Shown: one piece after another, positions 34,117-43,981 of the stretch
Layout of the letters: each line of letters opens with the position of its first letter
Position numbering within the stretch: position 1 is the stretch's first letter
From: Candidatus Omnitrophota bacterium
Lineage (GTDB): Bacteria > Omnitrophota > Gorgyraeia > Zapsychrales > Zapsychraceae
Direction of reading: 5' to 3'
DNA length: 64,000 bases
Assembly: GCA_015233195.1 (NCBI GenBank)
Contig: JADFYE010000007.1
Span: 8,684 to 72,683, forward strand
The notes under the pieces: model-generated
Databases searched by the model: none
Seen by the model: only the letters and a program-made list of their open reading frames with translations
Told to the model about the DNA's origin: nothing
Made by a program: the position numbers and the translations under genes

Positions 34117-35615
34117 TGAAACAAATTTATACTCATCGTCCATTCGTCCCGATCACCATAATGTTTTGCATAGGAATAATCGCTGGATATTATTTATCTG
34201 TTCCGATCTGGGCGTGGGTGGTTTTGGCAGTGACGATGCTTTTGGGGTGCATGCTATCTTTATCTTATCCATTCGGTAAATTCTTAATATTACTTTTGAT
34301 ATTTTTTTGCGGGGCCGCACATACGAAAATATTACTGCAAGCAAATCAGGCTGACCAATTAACCCAAAATTTATGGAAGGGGCAGGAAGTTTATATTGAA
34401 GGCTTTGTATCGTCGGACCCAGTAATAAAACATCTGCGCAATATAGATAAAACTATATTTACGCTGACATTATTTAAGCCGATGCGGGGCGAGGTTTTGG
34501 TTAATATTTTTTCTGCCCAACAGGTTTCGTATGGCGATAGCCTTAGATTAAAAGGTAAATTGAGCCGACCAATGAATTTTGGACAGGGGAGTAAATTTTC
34601 GTACCGGACGTATTTAGAAAATTCCGGCATACTTTATTGTTTAAACGTTAAGAAAGACGTAGAGATAAAAAAGTCAGGGCGTATTCAAGGGAATGGTTTG
34701 GTAAGGTTTGCGTATAATACCCGTCAGTATTTTCGCAGGATTTTTGATAAAAATTTTTCTGAGAACGAATCCGGTCTGGTCAGAGCATTGATGCTGGGCG
34801 ATCGCACTGGAGTTCCTTATTTTATATCAGATATTTTTAGAAAGACCGGCACTACGCATATTTTAGCGATCAGCGGATTTAATATCGCAGTTTTAGCATT
34901 AATGTTTTTGGTGATTTTGAAATTCGCGCCTATTCACCGTAACATAATTATGACCACAGTAATAGTCTTGCTGATATTTTATATGGTAATGTCTGGATTA
35001 TCTGCCTCAGTTGTAAGGGCGTCATTAATGGCTTCAATAGTCTTGCTATCGTTTATTATAGAGCGACCGAAAGATCATTTGAACGTTGTGGCAGCCGCCG
35101 CGTTTGCAGCATTAGCAGTCACGCCTTTGGTATTATTTGATATTGGCTTTCAATTATCTTTTGGATGCGTAATATTTTTAATTATACTTCCGCCCAGGAT
35201 TAAAGTTTTGACCACGAAATATTGGGGTGAGCCTAAAACTAAATTCGGAAAATGGATTCTTGAAGCTTTAATTTTGTCGTTTTCAGTTTGGATCGGGATA
35301 TTACCGGCTATAGTCTATTATTTCAATTCCATATCATTTGTTTCAATATTTGCTAATTTATTGATACCAACCATGATGTCAGGCGCAATGTTTTTGGCAA
35401 TGGGTGTGATGGTATTCTCTTTTATATCAGCATATGTTATGAATTGTTTTGTGATAGTTTTAAAATTGTTGTTGAACGTTACTATAGGCGTTACATTTCT
35501 TTTTGCGCAATGCCCGGCAGGATTTGTTCAGATTAGAGAGCAAAGTCTTTGGTTTGTAGGAGTTTACTATTTAATGCTGTTCTTTGTGGTGGGTATATTG
35601 TATAAAAATGAATAA
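34113..35615 (+). CDS. comEC: ComEC/Rec2 competence channel (DUF4131 + competence domains; no metallo-beta-lactamase domain)
   Basis: Polytopic; LMLGDRTGVPYFISDIFRKTGTTHILAISGFNI signature. The start overlaps the comEA stop. Confidence 0.8.
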   Translation: MMKQIYTHRPFVPITIMFCIGIIAGYYLSVPIWAWVVLAVTMLLGCMLSLSYPFGKFLILLLIFFCGAAHTKILLQANQADQLTQNLWKGQEVYIEGFVSSDPVIKHLRNIDKTIFTLTLFKPMRGEVLVNIFSAQQVSYGDSLRLKGKLSRPMNFGQGSKFSYRTYLENSGILYCLNVKKDVEIKKSGRIQGNGLVRFAYNTRQYFRRIFDKNFSENESGLVRALMLGDRTGVPYFISDIFRKTGTTHILAISGFNIAVLALMFLVILKFAPIHRNIIMTTVIVLLIFYMVMSGLSASVVRASLMASIVLLSFIIERPKDHLNVVAAAAFAALAVTPLVLFDIGFQLSFGCVIFLIILPPRIKVLTTKYWGEPKTKFGKWILEALILSFSVWIGILPAIVYYFNSISFVSIFANLLIPTMMSGAMFLAMGVMVFSFISAYVMNCFVIVLKLLLNVTIGVTFLFAQCPAGFVQIREQSLWFVGVYYLMLFFVVGILYKNE

Positions 35616-35683
35616 TTTAGGGCAATTGTTTTGTGTTTGCTTTATTATATAAATTGGTTAATTATAAAAATCGGGAGAAGTAA

Positions 35684-36553
35684 ATGAAAAAAGATGTTTT
35701 AATTCGATTGAAAATTAAGTTTGATGAGATTTTGAAATTATTTCCTAAATCACAGGTTGAGTTTTGGTATGCTCGGGATTTGATGGCAGTGCTGGGCTAT
35801 GAACGGTGGGAAAATTTTATTAAAGTTATTAATAAAGCAATAAAGGCGTGTGATAAATCGGGAGGTGAAGTTTTTAACCATTTTCGTGGTGTCACGAAAA
35901 TGGTTAGTATCGGTTCTGGCGCAGAACGACCAATAGACGATATTATGCTTACGCGTTACGCATGTTATTTGATTGCTCAAAATGGAGATTCGCAGAAAGA
36001 GCAGATCGCGTTTGCGCAGACATATTTTGCTATACAGACACGGAAACAAGAAATAATAGAAGAACGAATACGATTTCAAGAAAGATTGGAAGCACGTAGA
36101 AAATTACGTGAATCAGAAACTGAGCTTTCAAAAAATATTTATGAACGAGGGGTTGATGATCAGGGTTTTGGACGGATACGATCCAAAGGAGATGCTGCTT
36201 TGTTTGGAGGATATACTACACAAGAGATGAAAAATCGTTTGGGCATTTCTGAATATCGTCCTTTAGCGGATTTTTTGCCGACAGTGACTATTGCGGCTAA
36301 GAATTTGGCGACTGAAATTACTAATCATAATGTTAAGACGTATAACTTATTAGGAGAAACAGCTATTACGGATGAACATGTTCAAAATAATAGTAGTGTT
36401 AGAGGCATGTTGGGTGAAAGAGGAATTAAACCTGAAGAGTTACCTTCTGAGGAAGATTTAAAGCGATTGGAGCGTAGAGTAACTGTATTGAAAAAGCAAA
36501 TGATTAAACAAGCTCAACTTCCTACAATTAAAAAAATTAATCATAAAAAGTAG
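35684..36553 (+). CDS. dinD: DNA damage-inducible protein D
   Basis: FWYARDLMAVLGYERWENF...YACYLIAQNGDSQKEQIAFAQTYFAIQTRKQE matches the DinD family pattern. Confidence 0.7.
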   Translation: MKKDVLIRLKIKFDEILKLFPKSQVEFWYARDLMAVLGYERWENFIKVINKAIKACDKSGGEVFNHFRGVTKMVSIGSGAERPIDDIMLTRYACYLIAQNGDSQKEQIAFAQTYFAIQTRKQEIIEERIRFQERLEARRKLRESETELSKNIYERGVDDQGFGRIRSKGDAALFGGYTTQEMKNRLGISEYRPLADFLPTVTIAAKNLATEITNHNVKTYNLLGETAITDEHVQNNSSVRGMLGERGIKPEELPSEEDLKRLERRVTVLKKQMIKQAQLPTIKKINHKK

Positions 36554-36618
36554 AGAGGCAAATCATCTTTTCTGGAGCTTAATTGACAAAGACTATAGTC
36601 TATGCTAAAGTTCTCGCA

Positions 36619-37593
36619 ATGAAAAAATATACTATCTTACTTATATTATTAGTATCATTGTTTCTCGCCCAGAATGCTTCTGCTTTTTGGATGTGGACGC
36701 CGCAGACCAATAAGTGGGTAAATCCTAAATATTCGGTCAAAGACACCCCTAAAGAACAGTTGGATTATGGCAAGCAATTCTATGATTCAAAGCAGTATGT
36801 TGAAGCTGTGCGCGAGTTTAAAAAGCTTATCAAGAATTATCCTAAATCCCGTGATGCGGCTAACGCCCAATATTTCATAGGTCTGTGCTATGAAGATCAA
36901 AGCAGGCTGTATTCCGCGTTTAAAGAATATCAGATGGTGTTAGAAAAATATCCATTCAGCGATATGGCTCCACAGATTATTGAACGGGAATACAAGATCG
37001 GGCAGAAATTAATGGATAACCCGAATAAGGGTACTATTATCGACGCTGTAGCTGGAGAAAAATATGATATTGTAAAAGTTTTTCAGACCATTATTAAAAA
37101 TGAACCATACGGTAAATATGCCGCGCCTTCGCAATATAAAATTGGTTTGTATTTAATGGGTAAAGGATTGACGCAAGAGGCTCGGGATGAATTTGAAAAG
37201 GTGGTTAATGATTATCCTGAAAGTGAATGGGTTAAGGCTGCGAAATATCAGATAGCAGTAGCAGATGCGAAGCGCTCGACTAAAGCGCAGTATGACCAGA
37301 AAGTTACCGGCTCAGCTGTAGAAGAGTTTAAGACTTTTGTAAAAGAATATCCAGACGCTGAATTAACTCAAGTAGCGCAAGATCAAATATTAGCTTTACG
37401 GGATAAAGAAGCTGAAAATAGTTTTGTGGTTGCTGAGTTTTATGAAAAACAAAAGAATTTTCCTGCAGCTAAGGTGTATTATGAAGCGATAGTGCAGGAC
37501 TATAAAGATTCTCCATGGGCAATTAAAGCTTTAAGAAAATTGCGGGATATTGGAGATAAAGATAACCAACAGAAAGTTCAGGGAAAGAAATGA
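36619..37593 (+). CDS. bamD: BamD-like outer membrane protein assembly factor (TPR)
   Basis: Signal peptide, then YfiO-type TPR repeats (QFYDSKQYVEAVREFKKLIKNYPKSRDAANAQYFIGLCY...). It has no lipobox Cys. Confidence 0.6.
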   Translation: MKKYTILLILLVSLFLAQNASAFWMWTPQTNKWVNPKYSVKDTPKEQLDYGKQFYDSKQYVEAVREFKKLIKNYPKSRDAANAQYFIGLCYEDQSRLYSAFKEYQMVLEKYPFSDMAPQIIEREYKIGQKLMDNPNKGTIIDAVAGEKYDIVKVFQTIIKNEPYGKYAAPSQYKIGLYLMGKGLTQEARDEFEKVVNDYPESEWVKAAKYQIAVADAKRSTKAQYDQKVTGSAVEEFKTFVKEYPDAELTQVAQDQILALRDKEAENSFVVAEFYEKQKNFPAAKVYYEAIVQDYKDSPWAIKALRKLRDIGDKDNQQKVQGKK

Positions 37594-38132
37594 AACGGTT
37601 ATTTTTTTTCATGGGTTTAGTTGGGATATTTTCTTTAATAGCTGGATGCGGGTATACCACCTCAGGAGCATTATCGCCTAACCATCGTACCTTGTTTGTG
37701 AAAAATTTTGAAAATAAAGTCGAGTTTTCCGAGAACAATAATTCCGCGGCGTATTTTCCGTTGTTAGAGGTAAAAGCGCATGACAGAATAGTGGATAGGT
37801 TTTTATTTGATGGACATTTGAAGATAGTGCCTGAAGAATCAGCAGATTTGATTTTGACGGGTACGCTTAGAAATTATGAAAAAAAACCATTACGTTATAC
37901 GGATAACGAGGATGTTCAGGAATACCGGGTATATGTTACAGTAGATTTGAAAATGGTGGAACGCGAAACCGGGACAGTCGTATGGGACGAGCCGGGTTTT
38001 GTCGGAGAAGGGACTTATTTATTACAAGGCACAGTTTCTTCTAATGTGGCTGGTTCGGAGCAAGGAGCTGTTGATTTGGCAGTACAGGACTTGGCACGTC
38101 GGGTTGTTGAACGAACAGTCGAAGCTTGGTAA
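37590..38132 (+). CDS. lptE: LptE-like LPS-assembly lipoprotein
   Basis: Lipobox LIAGCGY and ~180 aa. The lptE-holA adjacency is the same as in E. coli. Confidence 0.6.
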   Translation: MKRLFFFMGLVGIFSLIAGCGYTTSGALSPNHRTLFVKNFENKVEFSENNNSAAYFPLLEVKAHDRIVDRFLFDGHLKIVPEESADLILTGTLRNYEKKPLRYTDNEDVQEYRVYVTVDLKMVERETGTVVWDEPGFVGEGTYLLQGTVSSNVAGSEQGAVDLAVQDLARRVVERTVEAW

Positions 38133-38140
38133 GGAAAATG

Positions 38141-38171
38141 TTGTAAAACGCCCATCTGCGGCGTTATTCTC
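38141..38171. repeat. Truncated copy of family D repeat (5' arm only)
   Basis: ttgtaaaacgcccatctgcggcgttattctc matches 29 of 31 nt of the 5' arm of copy 1. Confidence 0.7.
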
Positions 38172-38210
38172 TATTTTCGATAATTTAATGGGGGGAGTTG
38201 CGAACTTTAT

Positions 38211-38235
38211 GCCCTGGGGGATTTTTTCCCAGGGC
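38211..38235 (+). terminator. Hairpin, possible terminator/attenuator between lptE and holA
   Basis: gccctggg-ggatttttt-cccagggc followed by tttattatt. Confidence 0.35.
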
Positions 38236-38257
38236 TTTATTATTAAGCGGGGGCGGT

Positions 38258-38920
38258 ATGATATATTTTTTGATTGGTGATAAGGTTGATGAAAAGGACG
38301 CAAAATTAGCTGAGATCAAGAAGTCGGTTTTGGGTACTTCGATCGAAGCTGAGAATTTTGATTATGAAATGTTTTATGCTGATGATTTGGATTCTGATCA
38401 GTTAAAAAAATCACTTATTTCTATTTCTGCAGTTGCCCGCCAGCGCGTAATTGTCATAAAAAATATTAAAAAATTAAATAAAGCTCTACAGGAAACTTTA
38501 TTGTCTTGTCTAGACCAGAAATTGGATCAAGTACATTTGATATTTGATTGTGACGGCGAGCCTGAAAAAGGCGCGTTTTGGACTAAACTAATGTCAGGCG
38601 CTAAAATATTCAGGTTTGGCGCTGTAGAAAAGAAAAGCAGTGTTTTTGATATGGGTAATGCGATTTTGGCAAATAATTCAGTCAGGGCTTTACAGCTTAT
38701 GGAAGAAATTTTATCGGAAAAAGGTCAGGACCCATTGAAAATGATGGGGGCGGTTTTGTGGTCTTGGAAAAACGGTCGTTCTAGAATGGCGGTTGAACAA
38801 TATAAGAAAGGCCTCCAGTATATACAGGAGGCCGATCTTAATATTAAGCGGAGCCGTTTAGCTCCAGAATACGCGATGGAATTTCTAATCGTTAAGCTAT
38901 GCTCTTTAACAGCTTGCTGA
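38258..38920 (+). CDS. holA: DNA polymerase III delta subunit (short form)
   Basis: It starts MIYFLIGDKVDEKDAKLAEIKK, typical of HolA, and sits downstream of lptE. At ~220 aa it is shorter than canonical HolA. Confidence 0.55.
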   Translation: MIYFLIGDKVDEKDAKLAEIKKSVLGTSIEAENFDYEMFYADDLDSDQLKKSLISISAVARQRVIVIKNIKKLNKALQETLLSCLDQKLDQVHLIFDCDGEPEKGAFWTKLMSGAKIFRFGAVEKKSSVFDMGNAILANNSVRALQLMEEILSEKGQDPLKMMGAVLWSWKNGRSRMAVEQYKKGLQYIQEADLNIKRSRLAPEYAMEFLIVKLCSLTAC

Positions 38921-39155
38921 AACGTGATTTGCGGCGGCTAGCTGTGTTATCTTTGAGGATATTAGTCTTTGCGGCTTTATCAATTTTTTTGTGCAAAATC
39001 TTTAAAGTTTCTTTAGCTTCGTCGAGTTTTTTCTCTTGAACCGCTTTTAAGAAACTTTTTTCAGTTTTTTTGATCACAGTTTTTTGGTCAAGATTATTCA
39101 TCTTGCGTGTGTGACTTTTGCGTAGATCTTTAATACCTGCTTTTCTTTGTGGCAC
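38892..39155 (-). CDS. rpsT: 30S ribosomal protein S20
   Basis: The GTG start at 39155 lies 8 nt after GGAG. Translation is PQRKAGIKDLRKSHTRKMNNLDQKT...DKAAKTNILKDNTASRRKSRFSKLL. Confidence 0.85.
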   Translation of the reverse strand: MPQRKAGIKDLRKSHTRKMNNLDQKTVIKKTEKSFLKAVQEKKLDEAKETLKILHKKIDKAAKTNILKDNTASRRKSRFSKLLKSIA

Positions 39156-39236
39156 TGTAAAACTCCTTTCTTGAAAACATTTCCGCCAGGGGTTTCCTGC
39201 GGAAGAGAGGCACAAATATAGCAAAAAGGATTTCGG

Positions 39237-40853
39237 ATGTCAACCAATAAATTTGAGCTGCCTAAGACTAAAGTTCGGGAACGCTGGAACCTTGCTTTCA
39301 TAAAAGGAAAGGATTCCTTTGGTTCAATTATGCGGTCAACAATTTTTATGTCAGGAGCGACTTTGATCTCTCGCGTTTTAGGCTTTGTGAGGGATATAGT
39401 TTTAGCAAAATTATTAGGTACTGGATTTCAGGCGGATGCGTTTTATACTGGATTTAAGATCCCGAATTTGTTCCGTTCGTTGGTTGGCGAAGGCGCAATG
39501 AATTCCGCAGTAGTGCCTACCTTATCCGGTTATTTAGAAAAGCGTAACCGCGCGACATTTTGGAATTTTGTCAGCGTGTTTTTGAAAGTGCTGGCTATAG
39601 TGTTATTTTTGTTAACTGCTTTAGGGATAATATTCTCGTCGGGTTTGGTGCGAATCATGGTCCCTGGTTTTATGTCAGATCCGGTAAAATTTAAAATGAC
39701 TGTGCAGTTGACTCAGATTATGTTTCCGTATTTGTTTTTAACCGGGTTGCTGGCGTATTTTATGGCGATATTGTTTACGTTCCGGGCGTTTTGGGTTCCG
39801 ACTTTTAGTCCGACGTATTTGAATATTTGTATGATAGCTGGGGCGCTGTTATGTTCGGGAATGAAAGAGCCAGTTTATGGCATAGCGATAGCAGTTGTGG
39901 TCGGTGGAATATGGCAGGTTCTCGCGCATATTCCGGAATTAAAGAAAGTGGGTTTTAGATATAAAAAACCTAGGAGATTGTCGCATCCGGGGGTTAAAAA
40001 CGTGGGAAGACTTTTGATTCCAAGAGTTCTCGGCAGCGGGGTTTATCAATTATCGATTGTAGTAGATTCATTTTGCGCGTCGTTAAGCACGATAGTTGGG
40101 ATGGGAGGAGTTTCAGCTATTTATTATGCTAATCGGATCGTACAGTTTCCTATGGGGTTGTTTGGTATAGCTTTAGCGTCGGCAGTATTACCGTCTTTGT
40201 CTTTGTTAGCCAGCCGTAAGGACACGGATTCTTTTCGTAAGACTTTGGCATTTTCCCTCGAGAATATGTATTTTGTAATGGCACCTATGGCAGTTTTGAT
40301 AATGGTGCTGGCGTTTCCAATGACTAAAGTTTTATTTCAACGCGGGTTATTCGACGCGTATTCGACGGATATAACCGCTTGGGCTTTGGCATTTTCTGCT
40401 CTAGGTTTGTTTACTTTCGGCGGGGTAAAAGTTCTGGTCGCTGCGTTTCATTCTTTACAAGACACTAAAACCCCGGTGTGGGTGGCGTTTTATTGTTTGA
40501 TCATAAATGTTATTTTAAATTTTGTTTTAATGTATCCGCTTAAAGTCGGCGGAATTGCCTTAGCCAGTTCTATCGCCGGCACATTTAATTTTGCTGCGTT
40601 GTTTATTATTATGCGAAAACGTTTAGGCGGTTTTCAGTCGCAGTTACGTTGGTATTGGATTAAGGTAACGTTTGCTTGCATATTGCAGGGTTTTTTGGTT
40701 TGGTGGTTATGGCAAAAATGGGAATTGTCGTGGATGTGGGTTAAATTAGGATCTGTGATATTGATAAGCTTAGTGTTTTATCAGGCGTTGTGTATGTGGT
40801 TTAAAGTAGAGGCAGCAGAGAAAGCATGGAAACAGATATTAAGGAAAAAGTAA
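39237..40853 (+). CDS. murJ: Lipid II flippase MurJ
   Basis: ATLISRVLGFVRDIVLAKLLG... and ~14 TM. The ATG at 39237 has aagga 6 nt upstream. An alternative start is at 39330. Confidence 0.85.
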   Translation: MSTNKFELPKTKVRERWNLAFIKGKDSFGSIMRSTIFMSGATLISRVLGFVRDIVLAKLLGTGFQADAFYTGFKIPNLFRSLVGEGAMNSAVVPTLSGYLEKRNRATFWNFVSVFLKVLAIVLFLLTALGIIFSSGLVRIMVPGFMSDPVKFKMTVQLTQIMFPYLFLTGLLAYFMAILFTFRAFWVPTFSPTYLNICMIAGALLCSGMKEPVYGIAIAVVVGGIWQVLAHIPELKKVGFRYKKPRRLSHPGVKNVGRLLIPRVLGSGVYQLSIVVDSFCASLSTIVGMGGVSAIYYANRIVQFPMGLFGIALASAVLPSLSLLASRKDTDSFRKTLAFSLENMYFVMAPMAVLIMVLAFPMTKVLFQRGLFDAYSTDITAWALAFSALGLFTFGGVKVLVAAFHSLQDTKTPVWVAFYCLIINVILNFVLMYPLKVGGIALASSIAGTFNFAALFIIMRKRLGGFQSQLRWYWIKVTFACILQGFLVWWLWQKWELSWMWVKLGSVILISLVFYQALCMWFKVEAAEKAWKQILRKK

Positions 40854-42106
40854 AAGCATTGCCAACGACCAGCGGCGTGTATTTGATGAAAAACGTTGAA
40901 GGGAAGATCATTTATATTGGCAAAGCCATAAATTTACGTAAGAGGGTTCAGTCATATTTCCGTGCGTCATCTTCGCAATTAAGCAAGACTGATCTTCTGG
41001 TTGCTGATATAAGAGACATTGATTATATTCCTACATTAAGCGAAGCTGAGGCGCTGATTCTTGAGGCTGGCTTAATAAAAAAACATGCTCCGAGATACAA
41101 TATCGATCTTCGGGATGACAAATCCTATCCATATATTGAAATCAAACCCTCCGTAACCCCCGGGGTTACGGAGGGTTATTCTAAAATTTTGGTGACGCGA
41201 CCGAGGGAGAAATTAAAGGGTTCGATTTATTATGGACCGTATGTTAATGTTTCTTTGGTAAGAGAGGCTTTGAATTTATTGCGTAAAATATTTCCGTACT
41301 GTAACAAGATTAATTGTGGTAACAAAGAATGTTTGGATTATCATATGGGATTGTGTCCTGCTCCCTGTGCTGGAAAAATTTCTGCTAAAGATTATCAGGA
41401 TAATATAAAAAATATTTGTTTGGTGTTAGACGGGGAAAAGGATGCGTTATATAGGCGTTTGCAGAAAAAAATGGCAGAGCTGGGAGAGAAAAAAGAATAT
41501 GAAGAGGCGGCTAAAGTCCGTGACCAATTACGAGCAGTTTCAGCTTTATATTCTGGTTCAGCTAGTCTTAATTTTTATAAAGAGGCAGAACAATTGCAAC
41601 GGACGCTGGAATTGCCCAGACTGCCAGAGAGGATCGAAGCATTTGATATTTCAAATATCATGGGCAACCAGCCGGTTGGCTCAATGGTGTCTTTCTTAAA
41701 CGGCAAACCGTACAAGAGCAATTATCGTAAATTTAAAATTAAGACTGTTGAGGGAATAGACGACTTTCAAATGATGGCTGAAGTAGTTTATAGACGATAT
41801 AAAAGACTAAAAATAGAGCATAAAATTTTTCCAGATCTAATACTTATTGATGGTGGAAAAGGTCAATTAGCTGCGGCAGAAGCTGAGCTTAAAAAATTAG
41901 AAGTAGAAATTCCGATCGCGTCCTTAGCTAAAAAAGAAGAAGAGATTTTCTTGCCTCGACGCAGAAATTCAATTAAATTAGCTAAAGATTCTTTGGCTTT
42001 ACATTTATTACAAAGGGTGAGAGACGAGGCGCATAGATTCGCGGTTACGTTTCATAGGTTGAGACGCAGAAAAGTAAGCTTGAGTATGAGTAGAGGAAAT
42101 AAATAG
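40826..42106 (+). CDS. uvrC: Excinuclease ABC subunit C, short form lacking the C-terminal (HhH)2 domain
   Basis: GIY-YIG (SGVYLMKN...IIYIGKA), UVR motif (YEEAAKVRDQL) and the RNase H-like endonuclease domain are present. At 426 aa it is well short of the usual ~600. Confidence 0.8.
   Translation: METDIKEKVKALPTTSGVYLMKNVEGKIIYIGKAINLRKRVQSYFRASSSQLSKTDLLVADIRDIDYIPTLSEAEALILEAGLIKKHAPRYNIDLRDDKSYPYIEIKPSVTPGVTEGYSKILVTRPREKLKGSIYYGPYVNVSLVREALNLLRKIFPYCNKINCGNKECLDYHMGLCPAPCAGKISAKDYQDNIKNICLVLDGEKDALYRRLQKKMAELGEKKEYEEAAKVRDQLRAVSALYSGSASLNFYKEAEQLQRTLELPRLPERIEAFDISNIMGNQPVGSMVSFLNGKPYKSNYRKFKIKTVEGIDDFQMMAEVVYRRYKRLKIEHKIFPDLILIDGGKGQLAAAEAELKKLEVEIPIASLAKKEEEIFLPRRRNSIKLAKDSLALHLLQRVRDEAHRFAVTFHRLRRRKVSLSMSRGNK
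41147..41175. repeat. Perfect 29-nt palindrome (family B) inside uvrC, read through in frame as PSVTPGVTEG
   Basis: ccctccgtaacccccggggttacggaggg. The related copies at 19447 and 12863 are intergenic. Confidence 0.8.
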
Positions 42107-42134
42107 AGACAGGAGCTGTTTTTTAAAAAACCAC

Positions 42135-42149
42135 TTCCCAAACTGGGAA
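42135..42149. promoter_or_regulatory. Inverted repeat upstream of the second higB (candidate operator)
   Basis: TTCCCA-aac-TGGGAA lies 20 nt before the GTG at 42169. Confidence 0.3.
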
Positions 42150-42168
42150 ATTGTGTTATACTCTTACC

Positions 42169-42468
42169 GTGAGAATAATCGCTCGATCTACATTAAGAAA
42201 TTTTTGGTTGAAGCCAGAGCATTCAGACTCGGAGCAGGCGTTAAGAGCTTGGTTTGAAGAGGCTGAAAAAGCCGATTGGAAGCGACCAAATGATGTTAAA
42301 AAACATTATAGTTCTGCGAGTATTATTGGAAATGATAGGGTTGTATTTAATATTTGTGGTAACAAGTATAGGCTGGTTGTTGCGATTAAATATGATTTTA
42401 AAATAGTTTATATAAGATTTATAGGAACACATAAAAAGTACGATAAAATTAATGTCGAGGAGATATAA
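42169..42468 (+). CDS. higB: HigB-type mRNA interferase toxin (PF09907-like family)
   Basis: RIIARSTLRNFW...AWFEEAEKADWKRPNDVKKHYSSASIIGNDRVVFNICGNKYRLVVAIKYDFKIVYIRFIGTHKKYDKI. Confidence 0.8.
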   Translation: MRIIARSTLRNFWLKPEHSDSEQALRAWFEEAEKADWKRPNDVKKHYSSASIIGNDRVVFNICGNKYRLVVAIKYDFKIVYIRFIGTHKKYDKINVEEI

Positions 42469-42470
42469 TT

Positions 42471-42824
42471 ATGACTATTAAGCCTATAAAAACAGAAAAA
42501 GATTATCGGTTGGCTTTAAAAGAGATTGAATATTTATGGGAGGCAAAGCCGAACACGAAAGAGGGGGATGTATTAGATATTTTAACGACCTTAGTTGAAG
42601 CGTATGAACTTAAACATCATTCTATATATCCGCCTACTCCGGTTGAAGCTATTAAATTCCGGATGGAGCAAATGGGATTAAAAAATTCGGATATTGCGCC
42701 TTATTTGGGCGGACAAAATAGAGTTTCTGAAGTTTTGAGAAAGAAGCGAAGGCTCACAATAACGATGATCAAAAAATTACATGAAGCTTTATTTATCCCG
42801 TATGAATCTTTAATTTTAGGATAA
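42471..42824 (+). CDS. higA: HigA-type antitoxin (COG5499-like HTH)
   Basis: It lies 3 nt downstream of the toxin. It has a C-terminal HTH (SDIAPYLGGQNRVSEVLRKKRRLTITMIKKL). Confidence 0.7.
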   Translation: MTIKPIKTEKDYRLALKEIEYLWEAKPNTKEGDVLDILTTLVEAYELKHHSIYPPTPVEAIKFRMEQMGLKNSDIAPYLGGQNRVSEVLRKKRRLTITMIKKLHEALFIPYESLILG

Positions 42825-42837
42825 AACAAGGAGAGAC

Positions 42838-43434
42838 ATGGCAGTTAGTAATATTGGTATGCCGGATCAGGCAACGTGGGAGAATTTGTTTGATATTAAA
42901 AAAGTTTTCGCTACGCTTAAATTAAATGGTCGGATTCAAGAAGTGGTTGAGTTTGGCTGCGGGTATGGGACGTTCACGATTTCGGCGGCGGAGATTATAA
43001 GCGGAACAATTCATGCTATCGATAGCGATCCTGAAATGATCCGGGTGACGTCAGAGGCAGTTAAAAAACACCAGCTTGAAAATGTTGAAGTTATCCAGCG
43101 GGATTTTGTGTTGAGCGGGTCAGGTATGAAAAATTTGAGTATGGATTATGTAATGCTTTTCAATGTTCTTAACGCTGAAAATCAAAACGCGTTATTCAAA
43201 GACGCGAAACGGGTTCTTAAAAAATGGGGATATATCGGAGTGGTCATTTGGAATGGGGATCCGGAAACGCCGGGTGCATTAGAAATGGAAGCCGCTCCTT
43301 CTCCGGAGCAATGCAGGATTTGGGCGCGCGCGGTCGGGTTGAGTTTTGAATTAAAGTGTGAGCTTAAACCATATTTTTATGGAATGCTATTTGTCAAAGG
43401 TAATACGCTTAAGTGGAAGGACCGGCAAATTTAA
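42838..43434 (+). CDS. Class I SAM-dependent methyltransferase
   Basis: Motif [13 protein letters not shown]. Confidence 0.7.
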   Translation: MAVSNIGMPDQATWENLFDIKKVFATLKLNGRIQEVVEFGCGYGTFTISAAEIISGTIHAIDSDPEMIRVTSEAVKKHQLENVEVIQRDFVLSGSGMKNLSMDYVMLFNVLNAENQNALFKDAKRVLKKWGYIGVVIWNGDPETPGALEMEAAPSPEQCRIWARAVGLSFELKCELKPYFYGMLFVKGNTLKWKDRQI

Positions 43435-43661
43435 TGGATCAAAAACATCCGAATGATTTTTTACACGGCGTGACCTTGGAAATGATATTAAACCAGCTGG
43501 TCGAGAAATACGGCTGGGAAAAATTGGCTCAACGGATAAAGATTAATTGTTTTAGTAAAGACCCAAGTATTAAATCCAGTTTAACTTTTTTGCGTCGGAC
43601 GCCTTGGGCGAGGGCAAAGGTTGAAAATTTGTATTTAGAAACGGATTGGGAACAGGTATGA
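43434..43661 (+). CDS. VF530/DUF2132 family small DNA-binding protein
   Basis: [36 protein letters not shown]...[15 protein letters not shown]. Confidence 0.65.
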   Translation: MDQKHPNDFLHGVTLEMILNQLVEKYGWEKLAQRIKINCFSKDPSIKSSLTFLRRTPWARAKVENLYLETDWEQV

Positions 43662-43969
43662 AATTTGAAATAGATGTTAAAAAACATAAATTGACAAAAT
43701 TTCAATGGCGCGTATTAGAACTAACTTTTACAATACCTTTAGGTGAGACGAGGACTTATCAATGGGTGGCTAAGCAGTTGGGTAAACCTGGAGCAGTGCG
43801 TGCTGTAGGGAATGCTTTACGACGAAATCCATATCCTTTGATCATACCTTGTCATCGGGTAGTTAAGAGTAATGGAGATGTGGGCGGATATGAAGGCGGA
43901 TCTCCTCTTAGAAAGATTGCTTTATTAGAATTAGAAAAGCAGATAGCTGATGAATTTAAAAATTTATAG
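43658..43969 (+). CDS. Methylated-DNA-protein-cysteine methyltransferase (MGMT DNA-binding/active-site domain only)
   Basis: The active-site PCHRVV motif is present. It has ~100 aa. Confidence 0.75.
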   Translation: MKFEIDVKKHKLTKFQWRVLELTFTIPLGETRTYQWVAKQLGKPGAVRAVGNALRRNPYPLIIPCHRVVKSNGDVGGYEGGSPLRKIALLELEKQIADEFKNL

Positions 43970-43981
43970 ATCGGAGTTGGC

